NCBI GenBank assembly: GCA_030141605.1
Contig: JAQGDQ010000060.1
Location: 692,516 to 756,515, forward strand
Reading direction: 5' to 3'
DNA length: 64,000 nt
Source of the DNA: Tubiluchus corallicola
Lineage: Eukaryota > Animalia > Priapulida
Part shown: one piece after another, positions 37,526-50,518 of the stretch
Numbering within the stretch: the first letter of the stretch is position 1
Layout of the letters: every line of letters starts with the position of its first letter
Program-made: the position numbers and the translations under genes
The notes under the pieces: generated by a model
What the model saw: only the letters and a program-made list of their open reading frames with translations
The model's database searches: none
Told to the model about the DNA's origin: nothing

Positions 37526-39104
37526 TTTAACAAGGATATAAATAACAAGCGGAGACTTTGATATTGATTTGTGATTTCGTTGTGTTTGTATTTCAATTCA
37601 CGCCGTTTTTTCCCTGACACACTTTGATTTCATTCAGTTCATTGATGCTAATTCAGGATTAATTTTAATGTTTCCCAGAATTTTTTTCGCAGAACATATA
37701 TTTTTCCTGGAAAACTCAATTTCACGGAAAAAAAATCCAGAAGAATTTTTAACAGAAAATTCACAGTTACTTTTTTAGTTACTGATTCTGCTATTTTAGT
37801 AGGATAAAGTATTCAATTTCTCTTCCTCTGCTTGCTTCTCCCTCTTTACCTCTCTTGCTGCCTTCCTACCCCTTCTCGTTGCATATATCCATCACTTCCT
37901 TTTCTTTTGTGTCTGTCTCATTCTCTATCTCTCTCTCTTCCCTCTCTCTGTATCGCTCTTTTTTCTCTCTCCCCCATTTCTCTCTCCTCATTCTCTCGTA
38001 CTTTTTTTCTCTCTGTTGCTGTCTTGCCCAGACCTTATTTGTCTCTTTTGCTCCCTCCTCTCTCTCTCGCTCTGCTCTCCTTTAGCTAGATACAGTGCTT
38101 TGACTATAATGGCTATCAAAAATCAGGGCGATAAAGGTCAACCTTGTTTTTTTATTTGGAAAACTATTTTGTTTTGAAACTTCGTTGCTACAATTCCAAG
38201 TTTTTAGGACGAAATTTATTCTCAGAGTAATTTGCATTGTATTATTTGCTGCATACAATGACTTCAAATCCATATAGTTTTAATAGGATTTGAGATAAAG
38301 GTTAATAATAATCATATAACAAAAGATTTGCAAATTATGCAGACTTTCAGTCAGAAGTAAGAGCCTTCAGTCTTTGTGCACAATCAGTATTATGGAATAA
38401 CAACCAACTCATATGATTATCACCTGAAACCCCTTCCCAAATAACCTTATTTTTCAATTTGACTTTCATAAAGACAGCTGGTATATACAAACCATGTTGT
38501 AAATTCTCCAATTCCAAACCACACTTACAATTTGTCTGTCATGTTAAGCTATCTTTCATCTGAAAAATGGATTTCCATTTCTTTCTAATTTTCTAATGCA
38601 CCAATTCTCACTTTTACCAGCAGCACTATACTATGCACATCGATCACTTCATCCAACTGCTTCCAACTGCATCGATCACTTCATCCAAGGACGTAATTTA
38701 ATTACTATTAAAATACTTACTAGTGATCTAACATATGCTTCAAATGTCTTTTGCCATTAGTTGTAAATCTCATTCCTTACTTTTTTGTTCAAATAACCTT
38801 ATTTAGCCCTTTTCATTAATTAATTAAGATTTACGTCATTTATTTTCTCCAACCTATTTTGTGGAAGTTGTCTGCCAAAATGTTTCCAAAGGCTTCCCTA
38901 AATTAAACCTATATTTGTTAAAAAAGTTATTTTTTCAACACAATCAGATCTAATCTTATTGAACATTGCAAAGGATTACGTTTTTGATGAGACTTTCATT
39001 GTCCTTAAAAATTATAATTCAACTAAAAAACTTTAATACACGTAGTGGTCGTAGAAGGGACTCGAATTCACTTATGCGATAAAAACTTAGCAAAGTCAAA
39101 AGTT

Positions 39105-42100
39105 ATGGCGGCAACTGAGCAAGCTACGAAAAATCAGATCACCTTGAAGGGATCAGCAGAAATCGTTGCTGAATTTTTTTGTGGGTATTATGATGTTACA
39201 GTAGGTAAATTATTCAAAAGCTGGAATAATGAAACATTTTCAGTACTTAGCCATTAAATCTAGGAAGACACACGGACAGTGAAAGTATGAATGTACAGTG
39301 TCATGACATTGTGTCTCATACTTCAAAAATAAACAATAGTAGATGAGATATTTAGGAGCCAAGTTATTGATACTTTTAAAAAATATAATCAGGTTCATCC
39401 GAAAGTGCACTGACTGTCACCTTAACAGTTTAAAATGGCCAAGGTCAATATGATTTATACTACTGGATGGTGAAAATGAATCTCAGCACTTATTTTGGCA
39501 TACTTCTAATCTTTTTTGGTAGCGTCAGATAGTCAGGAAAATTAAAAAGAAGGAGCATAGTCAAAAAGACTGCAGCCGACATGCAATTAATTTTTGTGTG
39601 TGTTTAGTCGAAATTATTCTTGTACTAGAGAGTTTTAAGAAAAAGTTGTAACACTCACCATTCGAAATGTTGAGATCTACATTCTAGTCTCCAGTTAATG
39701 CCTTTGCATATTAAATTTTCTAATGATTTAGCAGATGGTAAACTGGTACCAATGGATGTGAGTACTCTAAACAGATAATAAATTTTGATTAAGTTCCATT
39801 TTTGAACCAAATAATGTTGAGCCTGTTTTGCTGAAATATTCAAATGCTTTTTGAACATTTGAGCAACCAGACTGGAGCAAAACAGAGTCATCATCATGCT
39901 AGTAGCATATTTGCTTATCTAATACAACTGCTACCCATGTCATTGATGTAATCAATAGAGTGGCAGTAGAAGACGCTTAACAAAATTGACCAGATTAGGG
40001 AATGCCACGAGAATACCTTAAAAGAGATCGAAGGTATATTCATTAACACAGACACACTGGTGCCTGTTGGTTATGTGAGATACTCAAACCATGTTAATGA
40101 AATTTCTCATCAAGTGACCTTAGCTACCTTGGTGGTCTTGTCCAATAGTATATTATTAAGTCTGATGGTATCAAATTAACTATATGAGTTATTGCTTGTT
40201 ATAGACTATATGTTATAGACTTGTTATATGTTATGCAATCATACCAGATAATAGCATAACAAAGTACAAAATTATTGATGCCAACATGATTATTTGCATT
40301 GTGAATCGTTATTTTTAAGTTTTCTATTTTGCTACGTTAATCTGTTCTTTCTTTTTTAGCTTATGGAGTTAATAGTATATTATATCAGAGGGGGATATAT
40401 CCACCGGAAATGTTCACTCGAGTGCAGAAATATGGGCTTACTCTTTTAGTTACGACCAATGATGACGTAAAAAATTATTTATCTAGTGTTTTAAAATATA
40501 TCATGCGTAAGTATTTTCTTTGTGTTGTTTCATTACATTTTCATTACTTGCATTTTTTCTTAAGAGAGGGCACCACTTTCTACAACCATATCACAAATCC
40601 ATGTATTAAATAATAAAGGTAAACATATTAATAGTCTGTGAAACAGTTTGTCCATCTGTCAGGTTCTGTTAATTGAATTTTCAGTATTGATCTTTTATAC
40701 TATATAGGAATGGATCTTGCAAATGAGTATTTATAATACCTATATGGTGAAAATTTCTTGTCAAAAAGGAATAACAGTTTAACTTGTCGTAACCTCGTTT
40801 TCACCTTTGCTTTGATAGAAACACGTATGATTCTATCATGTAGCAGCTAAAACCGCAAGAAAAATCCCAAGAAGGTTTTCAAACACAAAATTTAGCCTAT
40901 TCTATTATACCACGAGTTAAGAATAGGTTAAATTTTGTGTTTGGAAACCTTCTTGAGATAGTTCTTGCCATTTTAGCTGCTACATGATAGGATCAACTGT
41001 CACTATTCTTTAACCTTGTTATAGAAACTATTCTTAGTTAGAGCACTCATGATAGTGTGCCTTGACATGAAACGGCCTTCCTTCGCTCAAGGAATTTCTG
41101 TGAATGATCTTGTCACTATGACGCGTATTACATAGCACCACTTGCAATTTACAGGCCACTCAAATGTGGTTATAGTTTTAGCATCTGCAAAATTTAACTT
41201 TTAATTTCAGAGTGGCTCATTAGCAAAACGCTAAAGAAATTGGTTTTAGTGATCTCAAATCTAGATACGCAAGAAGTATTGGAGCGGTGGCAGTTTGATA
41301 TTGAATCTGACAAAAGCTCAACCGAAGAAAGGTAATCTATTAACTTTGTATTTAATTCAGCGAAATGCATAAATATCAGATTTGCAAACAGTTTCTACAT
41401 CAGTAAACACCTAATTGTTTTTAGTCTATTGTATGCAACGTTGTCGAACCAAATGGTTTAATTATTATGTGATGACTAAATGAATAAAAGAATCAGCATC
41501 GTATTTCAGAATGCAGCAGGGTGATTTACTTGCTAAAAGCTTCATGTTTTTATTTTTAAAATCCTCATTTGATTTTAAAAAAAGGTGCGAGTATTAAATA
41601 GTTTTTGACAATTTTACATTGACTTTGTGATACCTTCACAACATAATGTAACTAGTAGGTGAATTTTGACATAGAATAGTTGTTCAATGTGATATTGTAG
41701 ATATTATTTTTTGTGTTAAACTTTAGCGTCTAATAATATCTGCAGTATTTTATTTCACAGTGCATCTTATAAATTTATGTACAATTTAAGTGATGAAAAT
41801 TGCAAGCATGGTTCTAGTTTATTAGTTGTTTGTATTTACTCATTGTTTTCAACTACAGCGTTCATAGTTTGTTTTAGTGTACAAAATTATACAAAACTTG
41901 TTTTTAGGTACAAAAAATAGTTTTTTAGGTTTAAGAAGCTGCAAAAAAATATCCTGTGTTTTAGTATACATAGTATGCAAAATTTGTTTTTAGGTATAAA
42001 AAATAAAAAAAGTTCTATGTTTTAGGATGCATAGAATGTAAAATTTGTTTCTTACACATAAAAAATACAAAAATATGCCATGTTGTATATACATAGTATG

Positions 42101-45100
42101 CAAAATTTGTTTTTAGGTATAAAAAAATACAAAATATGCCATGTTTTAGTATACATAGTATAGAAAATTTGTTTTTTAGGTACAAAAAAATACAAAAATA
42201 TACTATGTTTTAGTATACATAGTATAGAAAATTTGTTTTTTGGTATAAAAATACAGAAATATACTATGTTTTAGTATACATAGTATGCAAAATTTGTTTT
42301 CTAGGTATAAATAATACAAAAATATACTATGTTTTGCTATACATAGTATAGAAATTTTTTTTTGTAGTGCACCAAAACAGAAAGATCTAAAGGAGATTCA
42401 GAATGAGATCCGCACGGTTATTAGACAAATCACGGCCACCGTGACTTTCCTGCCACTTCTTGAAGGACCTTGTATGTAAAACTAATTTTAATAATACTCA
42501 TTATTTGCTTTAATAAGATGAATAGCATATTAAGTTTTATAATCAGTTCACATACCTACTACATACAGACTGGAAATGGTGCAGCGCTGTTATGTGTGTT
42601 ACGTGTTCGGGTTTAAGGAAAACCAGACCCAATGTTAAACTACAGCCAAAACAATCTGTTCTATAAAATATTGAAAGAGAATATAGGCATACTATTTTTT
42701 CAAGATTGACTTACGCGACATGATTATTAACACAGAAACGTACCTTAGTTCACATAAAAGTTTTTCGATGGTGTTGCTGTATCCTTAAAAATACCTGCTA
42801 TTGTTGAAAATCTACCTTGCAGGTGTTCTGATAAACTTTCACCTGCATAGTGTCTGGCTTTCACGTCTCAGTTTTCTATTTTCATTCTCGTGGAAACTTG
42901 TTGCATTTTTAGGTAGGCTGCGTACTCACTTCAATGTAATTACGATAAAATTTAGTTTTTTTTATCTTCAGGACTTTCGTACAGTTTAGATTGTGTGGAA
43001 AAGCTGATTGGTGGGAAAGTGCGCTTAGGACTGAAGTTAAGCAGTGCCGAGCTTTGTCAGCAAATGGATGTGTGACCACCTAGATTTTTGGTGGTGCCAT
43101 CTGCTATGCTGCTGTAGCTAATTATTTTGCTGAGGGAGGATATAGGTGTATGTGAAGTTGTCCAAGACCCCCCTTCTATTTCATTGTCTAATCTCAGTGG
43201 CTTATCCTTGATAATTAGCTAGATTTGGATCCTCCCTCAACTGCATCAACATTAAGTAGTGCTGCTGCTGAATGGAAGCATCCCGGCAGTTTAAAACAAA
43301 AGAAAGTTTTGCTCAACGTCACATTTTCCCGGAATGTATTACGATCATCTTGTGACAAGTGAAGGTTTATTGTGTTGTGAATGACATTTAGCATTTACTT
43401 GAATTACACTCATATCTCGGTTTGCCGGACAAACTGGACAAGCGGGGAGACATCGGTCCGAATTTGCCGATTGTCCGTATTTACTGATACTAAGCTAATA
43501 CAGTAGGTGCCGTGTTTTCGACTCACGGTAAAGTAGAACTAAATGCCTAATTGAATAAAAAATGCCTAATACGGCAGCTCCTATGCAAAAGTTTATAAAA
43601 ATTGCCAGCAATTGACTCGGATAAACCACTTAAACAAGCTGACATGCTGATATAGTGCTGTAAGCAAGTGATGGCCCACCAAGTAGCGGTCAGCTCGCGA
43701 AACAACGGACTGAATCCGTAGTGTGCGGGACTTTTAACAGTCCAGATTTTGTCCGATTTTTCCGATACCATTCAAAGTGAGGTCTGGCAAACTGACATAT
43801 GAGTCTAAAATTTTTCAGTATTCTGCTGCAGAATCATGCAAAAGATCAATGATTGTTTCAGGCGCATTTGATTTGAATATCTACACAGATAAAAACATGG
43901 AAACCCCAGAAGAGTGGCAGGAATCGGCTCCTAGGCTAATAGCTAATTCTCAGGAGGTACAGTTCTTATGAATTCTTTTAGTTTAGCATTTTTGTATCAT
44001 TTTTTCCACCAAATTAAAGAAGTACAGTGTTCCCTCGCTACTTCGCAGTTTGTTTATCGTGGACTCGCTGTTTCGCGGGTTTTCAAAAATATTAATGTAA
44101 AATATTTATTGCAGTATTTTCGCTGTTTGGCGGGTTTTTGCGGTACTCCGTCTAAAGTATTTTTGCACATGCGTAGTACCCAGATTGGGAGTTAGGTAAA
44201 ACTGCTTGCACAGAACCCAGATTGGGAGTTAGGTAAAACTGCTTGCACAGAACCCAGATTGGGAGTTAGGTAAAACTGCTTGCACAGAACCCAGATTGGG
44301 AGGTAGGTAAAGCTGTTTGCACAGAACCCAGATTGGGAGTTAGGTAAAACTGCTTGCACAGAACTCAGATTGGGAGTTAGGTAAAACTGCTTGCACAGAA
44401 CCCAGATTGGGAGTTAGGTAAAACTGCTTGCACAGAACCCAGATTGGGAGTTAGGTAAAACTGCTTGCACAGAACCCAGATTGGGAGTTAGGTAAAACTG
44501 CTTGCACAGAACCCAGATTGGGAGTTAGGTAAAACTGCTTGCACAGAACCAAGATTGGGAGTTAGGTAAAACTGCTTGCACAGAACCCAGATTGGGAGGT
44601 AGGTAAAACTGCTTGCACAAAACCCAGTTTGGGAGTTAGGTAAAACTGCTTGCACAAAACCCAGATTGGGAGGTAGGTAAAACTGCTTGCACAAAACCCA
44701 GATTGGGAGTTAGGTAAAGCTGCTTGCACAGAACCCAGATTGGGAGTTAGGTAAAACTGTTTGCACAAAACCCAGATTGGGAGTTAGGTAAAACTGCTTG
44801 CACAAAACCCAGATTGGGAGTTTGGTAAAGCTGCTTGCAGAAAACCCAGATTGGGAGTTAGGTAAAACTGCTTGCACAGAACCCAGATTGGGAGTTAGGT
44901 AAAGCTGCTTGGACTATGTTTGGGATTTCACGCACTCATCTCTCCTCTTGAATCTTTTTTCCTCTTTTCCCTTTGTGTTTTCTGTAACACTAGTGTAAGT
45001 CATAAGTGTGAAATTATGATGTCGTGTATGAAATTATTTCTTTACAAACTTAAGATAACCATTATTCTTTAATTGTGTGGAACCACAGTGTTGCAGGTAC

Positions 45101-47190
45101 AAATGTTTTGGTCCATTACCCCTTCCCTATGTATTATATGCATTAGAAGCCACAATATATTAGACTGTAGTTCAACAAGCTAGACTACTTTTTATAGTAT
45201 ATTGTATAGGCGAAACTTGTTATGTAGACACGTCTTTCTTACATTTAAAATTTGACTTGTAATTATGCTGCTACCTTTTACTGACATTCTGGCTTTTTCT
45301 CGACTCAATATTGGACCAACAATGTATGTATGCATTTTAGCCTTTTAATGTAACGTAGTAATCTGTAGCACTGTTTTCAGTAGTTTTGTAGAAGTAATAA
45401 TTGTAGCCTAGAGAAAATTAGTATTTTTTGCAGAATAAACTAACATAGATATGGGAACGCAACATTGGTTTCAGCTTATACATTACACACAGTCACCCAA
45501 TATGTCATTTTCAGGTTGTCATTTGCGAAATGAAATTTAAGTATAAAATTGTGCAGCAGAATAGATTGAGAAAGTTTCAATGTCCCTAAACCTGGTGCAA
45601 ATTTAATGTGTTCTGTTGTATGAGAATAGTGTTGTTGAAAAGTTCAATTGATTTTGCCATTAAACATCAAATGCAGCTTAATTTTTAATAGCGCAAATGC
45701 TCTAACTAAGATTTTCTGATACTTTTAACCTTTTCTTGATGACTTATATAAGAGGAAATGTGGCGTGAAGCAACCATTTCCGAGGAAAATCTGGAAGTTA
45801 ATTTCGCGCATTTTACTCGCTAGATGGCGCCAGGAACTCCTTTGCCAGCATTTGAGTTTGGTTGTCACGCGTCGCACTTCACTGTGTAACATTGTTTACA
45901 AATCTGCTTCACAGAAACGACGCGGTGTCCAAGGAAGCCGTTGTTAGCACATTTGTTTAGCCATTCCGAAGTTTCACGAGCAAAACTAAAAGAAGTGTTT
46001 TGGAGGAAAATGCAACTTCAAGGTTGATTTCATTAGGAAGGAAAAAAGAAACTTAATAAAATTAGTGTTAAATTTTAAATACCAGTTAGCTGTTTTTATA
46101 GGTTTTACATGTCAAATGTAGACCTACGTTAACTCAAATGTAGACTTAGGTATTTCAAATGTGTCTTGGTAATTCGAATGTCAACTTAGGTAGTTCAAAT
46201 GTGTTAACAATGGTTTTCAACAAATCTTAAGCGTTTTTGGTATGACAAATATAGGCACATGTCATGTCAAATGTGACATTGGTATCTCCAATGTGGATAG
46301 GTGTTAGAGCTTAAGGATGTTAAAGTTAATCTTCTTTAATTTAATTTAATAATTGCTCTTAAGACTGTGAAAATAATAACTTTATAGGTCTACTAATAGT
46401 TCACTAATATTCTGTAAACTTTACATACCATTGGAACTGTTAGAGAAAACAATACATTCTTAAAATAAACAATGTTTCTTGAGAGAAACTAATTCATTAA
46501 TGCAGTGCTAATGCATTACTTAAAAAACTAATTAGTGATTCACTGTTCATTGAGAAGTGGGATCCAATTTATTCTTTCTTTGAGTTACCAAAACACATTT
46601 GAAATTTTTATGTCTACATTTGACTTACCTAAGTCACATTTGAACTTTCCTGTGTCTGTATTTGACTTACCTAAGTCACATTTGAACTTTCCTGTGTCTA
46701 CATTTGACTCACCTAAGTCACATTTGAACTTTCCTGTGTCTACATTTGACTCACCTAAGTCACATTTGAACTTTCCTGTGTCTACATTTGACTCACCTAA
46801 GTCACATTTGAACTTTCCTGTGTCTACATTTGACTCACCTAAGTCACATTTGAACTTTCCTGTGTCTACATTTGACTTACCTAAGTCACATTTGAACTTT
46901 CCTGTGTCTACATTTGACTTACCTAAGTCACATTTGAACTTTCCTGTGTCTACATTTGACTTACCTAAGTCACATTTGAACTTTCCTGCGTCTACATTTG
47001 ATGTGTAAAACTTATATTAAGGAAAACTTGTTTTTACACCAAATATGACCTTTGAAAGCATTTTTTTTCACTTTGTTGAATATTCAGAATCACATAATAA
47101 AATACTTTTGTTTTTTAGGTACGTCTTCGATCCTTTTCTACATCAATACATAAAGTAGACACATTGGTTACATACAAGGGTGATGATTGA
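39105..47190 (+). CDS. MAD2L1: Mitotic spindle assembly checkpoint protein MAD2 (HORMA domain), 204 aa; exons 39105-39180, 40360-40506, 41211-41331, 42368-42471, 43862-43956, 47119-47190
   Basis: The exons total 615 nt in frame. Motifs: ITLKGSAEIVAEFFSYGVNSILYQRGIYPPEMFTRVQKYGLTLLVT, EVLERWQFDIE, IQNEIRTVIRQITATVTFLPLLE, FDLNIYTDK, EVRLRSFSTSIHKVDTLVTYK. ATTAAA lies near 47333. Confidence 0.97.
40828..40995. repeat. Long hairpin or palindromic MITE in MAD2L1 intron 2
   Basis: Inverted arms of ~76 bp (TGATTCTATCATGTAGCAGCTAAAA... / ...TTTTAGCTGCTACATGATAGGATCA) around a ~16-nt loop. Confidence 0.85.
41880..42367 (+). repeat. Degenerate ~60-bp tandem repeat ending at the MAD2L1 exon 4 acceptor
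   Basis: Unit ~TATACATAGTATGCAAAATTTGTTTTTAGGTATAAAAAAATACAAAATATACTATGTTTTAG. Confidence 0.85.
43407..43805. mobile_element. MITE family A, copy 3
   Basis: TA-CACTCATATCTCGGTTTGCCGG ... GGCAAACTGACATATGAGTC-TA. It ends 56 nt before MAD2L1 exon 5. Confidence 0.85.
44025..44178 (+). mobile_element. Truncated copy of the 7725-8156 MITE
   Basis: Near-identical left end TA-CAGTGTTCCCTCGCTACTTCGCAG. It breaks off at the 37-bp array. Confidence 0.85.
44179..44911 (+). repeat. 37-bp minisatellite, ~20 copies
   Basis: Unit CCCAGATTGGGAGTTAGGTAAAACTGCTTGCACAGAA, head-to-tail with no spacers. Confidence 0.97.
46097..47016. mobile_element. Foldback-like element with a 42-bp (2x21) array in its right arm
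   Basis: The left end TATAGGTTTTACATGTCAAATGTAGAC matches the right end (reverse complement) TATAAGTTTTACACATCAAATGTAGAC. Subterminal CAAATGT repeats are inverted between the arms, and the array spans ~46610-47000. Confidence 0.7.
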
Positions 47191-47906
47191 CTGATTTCTC
47201 TGTGTAACAGAGTTGTAAATACCATGAAATTATTTATCTGGCAAGTCATGCATTGAGACTAACATCAGTATCATTTTAATCATGGAATAGGTTTTGTAAT
47301 ATTTGAGGATATTTTGTATTTTATTGTTCACTATTAAATTTCTTGTTTCTTTCTTAAGATGGTTTTTGTCTTTTTTTTGTGAAATTTATATTTTAACAAT
47401 GTTATGGTACACCATGGTGGTGATGTAGTTTTCCTTTTATGTGGTCAAATCTGTGTTTTGCATTTAATTATTCCTCTGGTTCTAGTTTTCTATAAGTTTC
47501 CCTGCTATGATGCTGATAGTGTTTCTGGTTCTCTTGGGAAGGCTCGGGTGTTGTCTGATTTTGTTTCAAGACGAACAGAAAATATCCAGAATTGAAGCTA
47601 AGAAATCACTTCTCTGTTTAGCTGTGATGGAATCAGTGCAACATTGATCGTGTTCTAGATATAATCTACTTAAAAATTATCTAAGTATCTAGATAAAGTA
47701 ATTATATACTTTGTTAACATATATATATATATATATATATATTCATTTTTTTTCGGTTTTTGTTCTAACAAAGTTATGAAAGACATTAACAAAGTCAGTT
47801 GTGCTGGGGCCCTAGGGCAGTATACGCTGCTCCCCTGTCAGTGAGCCTGCGTGGAGCTCATTACTATTGCAGTAGTTTTATTCAGCCCTTTCTGTCTCGA
47901 GCCCAT

Positions 47907-48474
<568 letters not shown>

Positions 48475-49566
48475 TTTCTTTCTCTCTTCTGTTTTTGTAC
48501 ATTTTCTTCTCCTTTTCTATTTGTCCCTGTTACTTAGGAACTGAAAAATTCCCAACATCCATTATTGCGTATTTTCCAGGATTCGATGTTTCTATTGATA
48601 CTGGTAGATAGACTTTCAGACATACTAACTCAATGAATAATCTCACTTATGTTCACTACATACATTACATTTTCTGTTTACTTAAATTTAGCGCAGCACT
48701 GATTTTTTCCTTTGCACCTTATGACCTTCACCTGGTTAAAAGTATTGAACTTGTTGCTTTAGATAAAACACGCGTTTCAAATTCTCTTCTCTATTGTGTG
48801 TGGCGACTACTTCACCCTTCCTGCCCTTGACCACACTACTGACCGATAGCCTAGATAAATTTCATTCACGAAAAACTTCTGAACATGTAGTTTCAAAATG
48901 ATTGAATAGGGTCGAATTTGTGAAACCATCCGAGGAAGGAGTCAGCTAGGCATAAAACTTTTGAAACATGGGGAGGGGAGTACAGGCTATGAACGTATTA
49001 CAGTGTGTAAGTTGTTATTAAAGTTACTGGTTTCTGAGAAACAAAAATACATTCTTTTAAACATATTTGCAGTGTTATTGCTTAATATATCTCTCAGTTT
49101 TGGGACTGGTTTATCATTTTACCTGCATTCATCAGAACTCAGCCCTCGCACGGGCGCATTTTTCGGATCACCCTTTATAAGAGGATTTTAGAATGATGAA
49201 TGATTTTACGTCGGTTATCTTTTTGTCTTCAGATAAAGTTTGTATTTGTGTGAAGCTGAGCGTGCTTAATTAATAGAAACATTGGGGGAAAGAGGAGGTT
49301 CTTGTTTGACAACTTAGACAAGGGTAATTATTTATGCAGCGGTGGGCAGAAAATGGGCTTACTGGAGCTGAGGTTTATTAGATTATAGATCTGCGCCTGT
49401 GTTGTGCTACTTATCATTTCCTTTCCTGGGCTCCTTGGGGAACTTTTTTATTTGATTTGATTTATGAAATACATCCATAACAACCACATAGCATTTAAAT
49501 AGCCTTTATGAATTAGTACAAATAACATATTTATTATGTACCCAAAGTGCCAAGCTTCAAGTGTCC

Positions 49567-50385
49567 TAAACATCATAAACACAAGTCTGAACATCATAAA
49601 GAAAAGTCTGAACATCATAAAGAAAAGTCTGAACATCATAAACACAAGTCTGAACATCATAAACACAAGTCTGAACATCATAAACACAAGTCTGAACATC
49701 ATAAACACAAGTCTGAACATCATAAACACAAGTCTGAACATCATAAACACAAGTCTGAACATCATAAACACAAGTCTGAACATCATAAAGAAAAGTCTGA
49801 ACATCATAAACACAAGTCTGAACATCATAAACACAAGTCTGAACATCATAAAGAAAAGTCTGAACATCATAAAGAAAAGTCTGAACATCATAAACACAAG
49901 TCTGAACATCATAAACACAAGTCTGAACATCATAAAGAAAAGTCTGAACATCATAAAGAAAAGTCTGAACATCATAAAGAAAAGTCTGAACATCATAAAC
50001 ACAAGTCTGAACATCATAAACACAAGTCTGAACATCATAAACACAAGTCTGAACATCATAAACACAAGTCTGAACATCATAAACACAAGTCTGAACATCA
50101 TAAAGAAAAGTCTGAACATCATAAACACAAGTCTGAACATCGTAAAGAAAAGTCTGAACATCATAAACACAAGTCTGAACATCGTAAAGAAAAGTCTGAA
50201 CATCATAAACACAAGTCTGAACATCGTAAAGAAAAGTCTGAACATCATAAACACAAGTCTGAACATCATAAACACAAGTCTGAACATCATAAAGAAAAGT
50301 CTGAACATCATAAACACAAGTCTCTGAACATCATAAAGAAAAGTCTGAACATCATAAAGAAAAGTCTGAACATCATGAAGAAAAG
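49567..50385 (+). repeat. 21-bp minisatellite, ~39 copies, two main variants
   Basis: CTGAACATCATAAACACAAGT and CTGAACATCATAAAGAAAAGT interspersed. Confidence 0.97.
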
Positions 50386-50424
50386 TAAAAAGTTGAAGAG
50401 TAAAAAGTAACATGTCCAAAATTC

Positions 50425-50518
50425 AAGTTACTTCTGTAACTGCATCACTGATATATAATAATAATAATAATAATACTATTATTATTATATATCAGTGATG
50501 CAGTTACAGAAGTAACTT
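50425..50518. repeat. Perfect 42-bp inverted repeat with 10-nt loop
   Basis: 50425-50466 is the exact reverse complement of 50477-50518. Confidence 0.92.

Noticed and set aside
44179-44911. CRISPR array (37-bp repeats)
   Set aside because: The repeats are head-to-tail with no unique spacers, inside a eukaryotic intron, and there are no cas genes.
46535-47008. 157-aa repeat ORF
   Set aside because: Translation of the 42-bp array inside a MAD2L1 intron.
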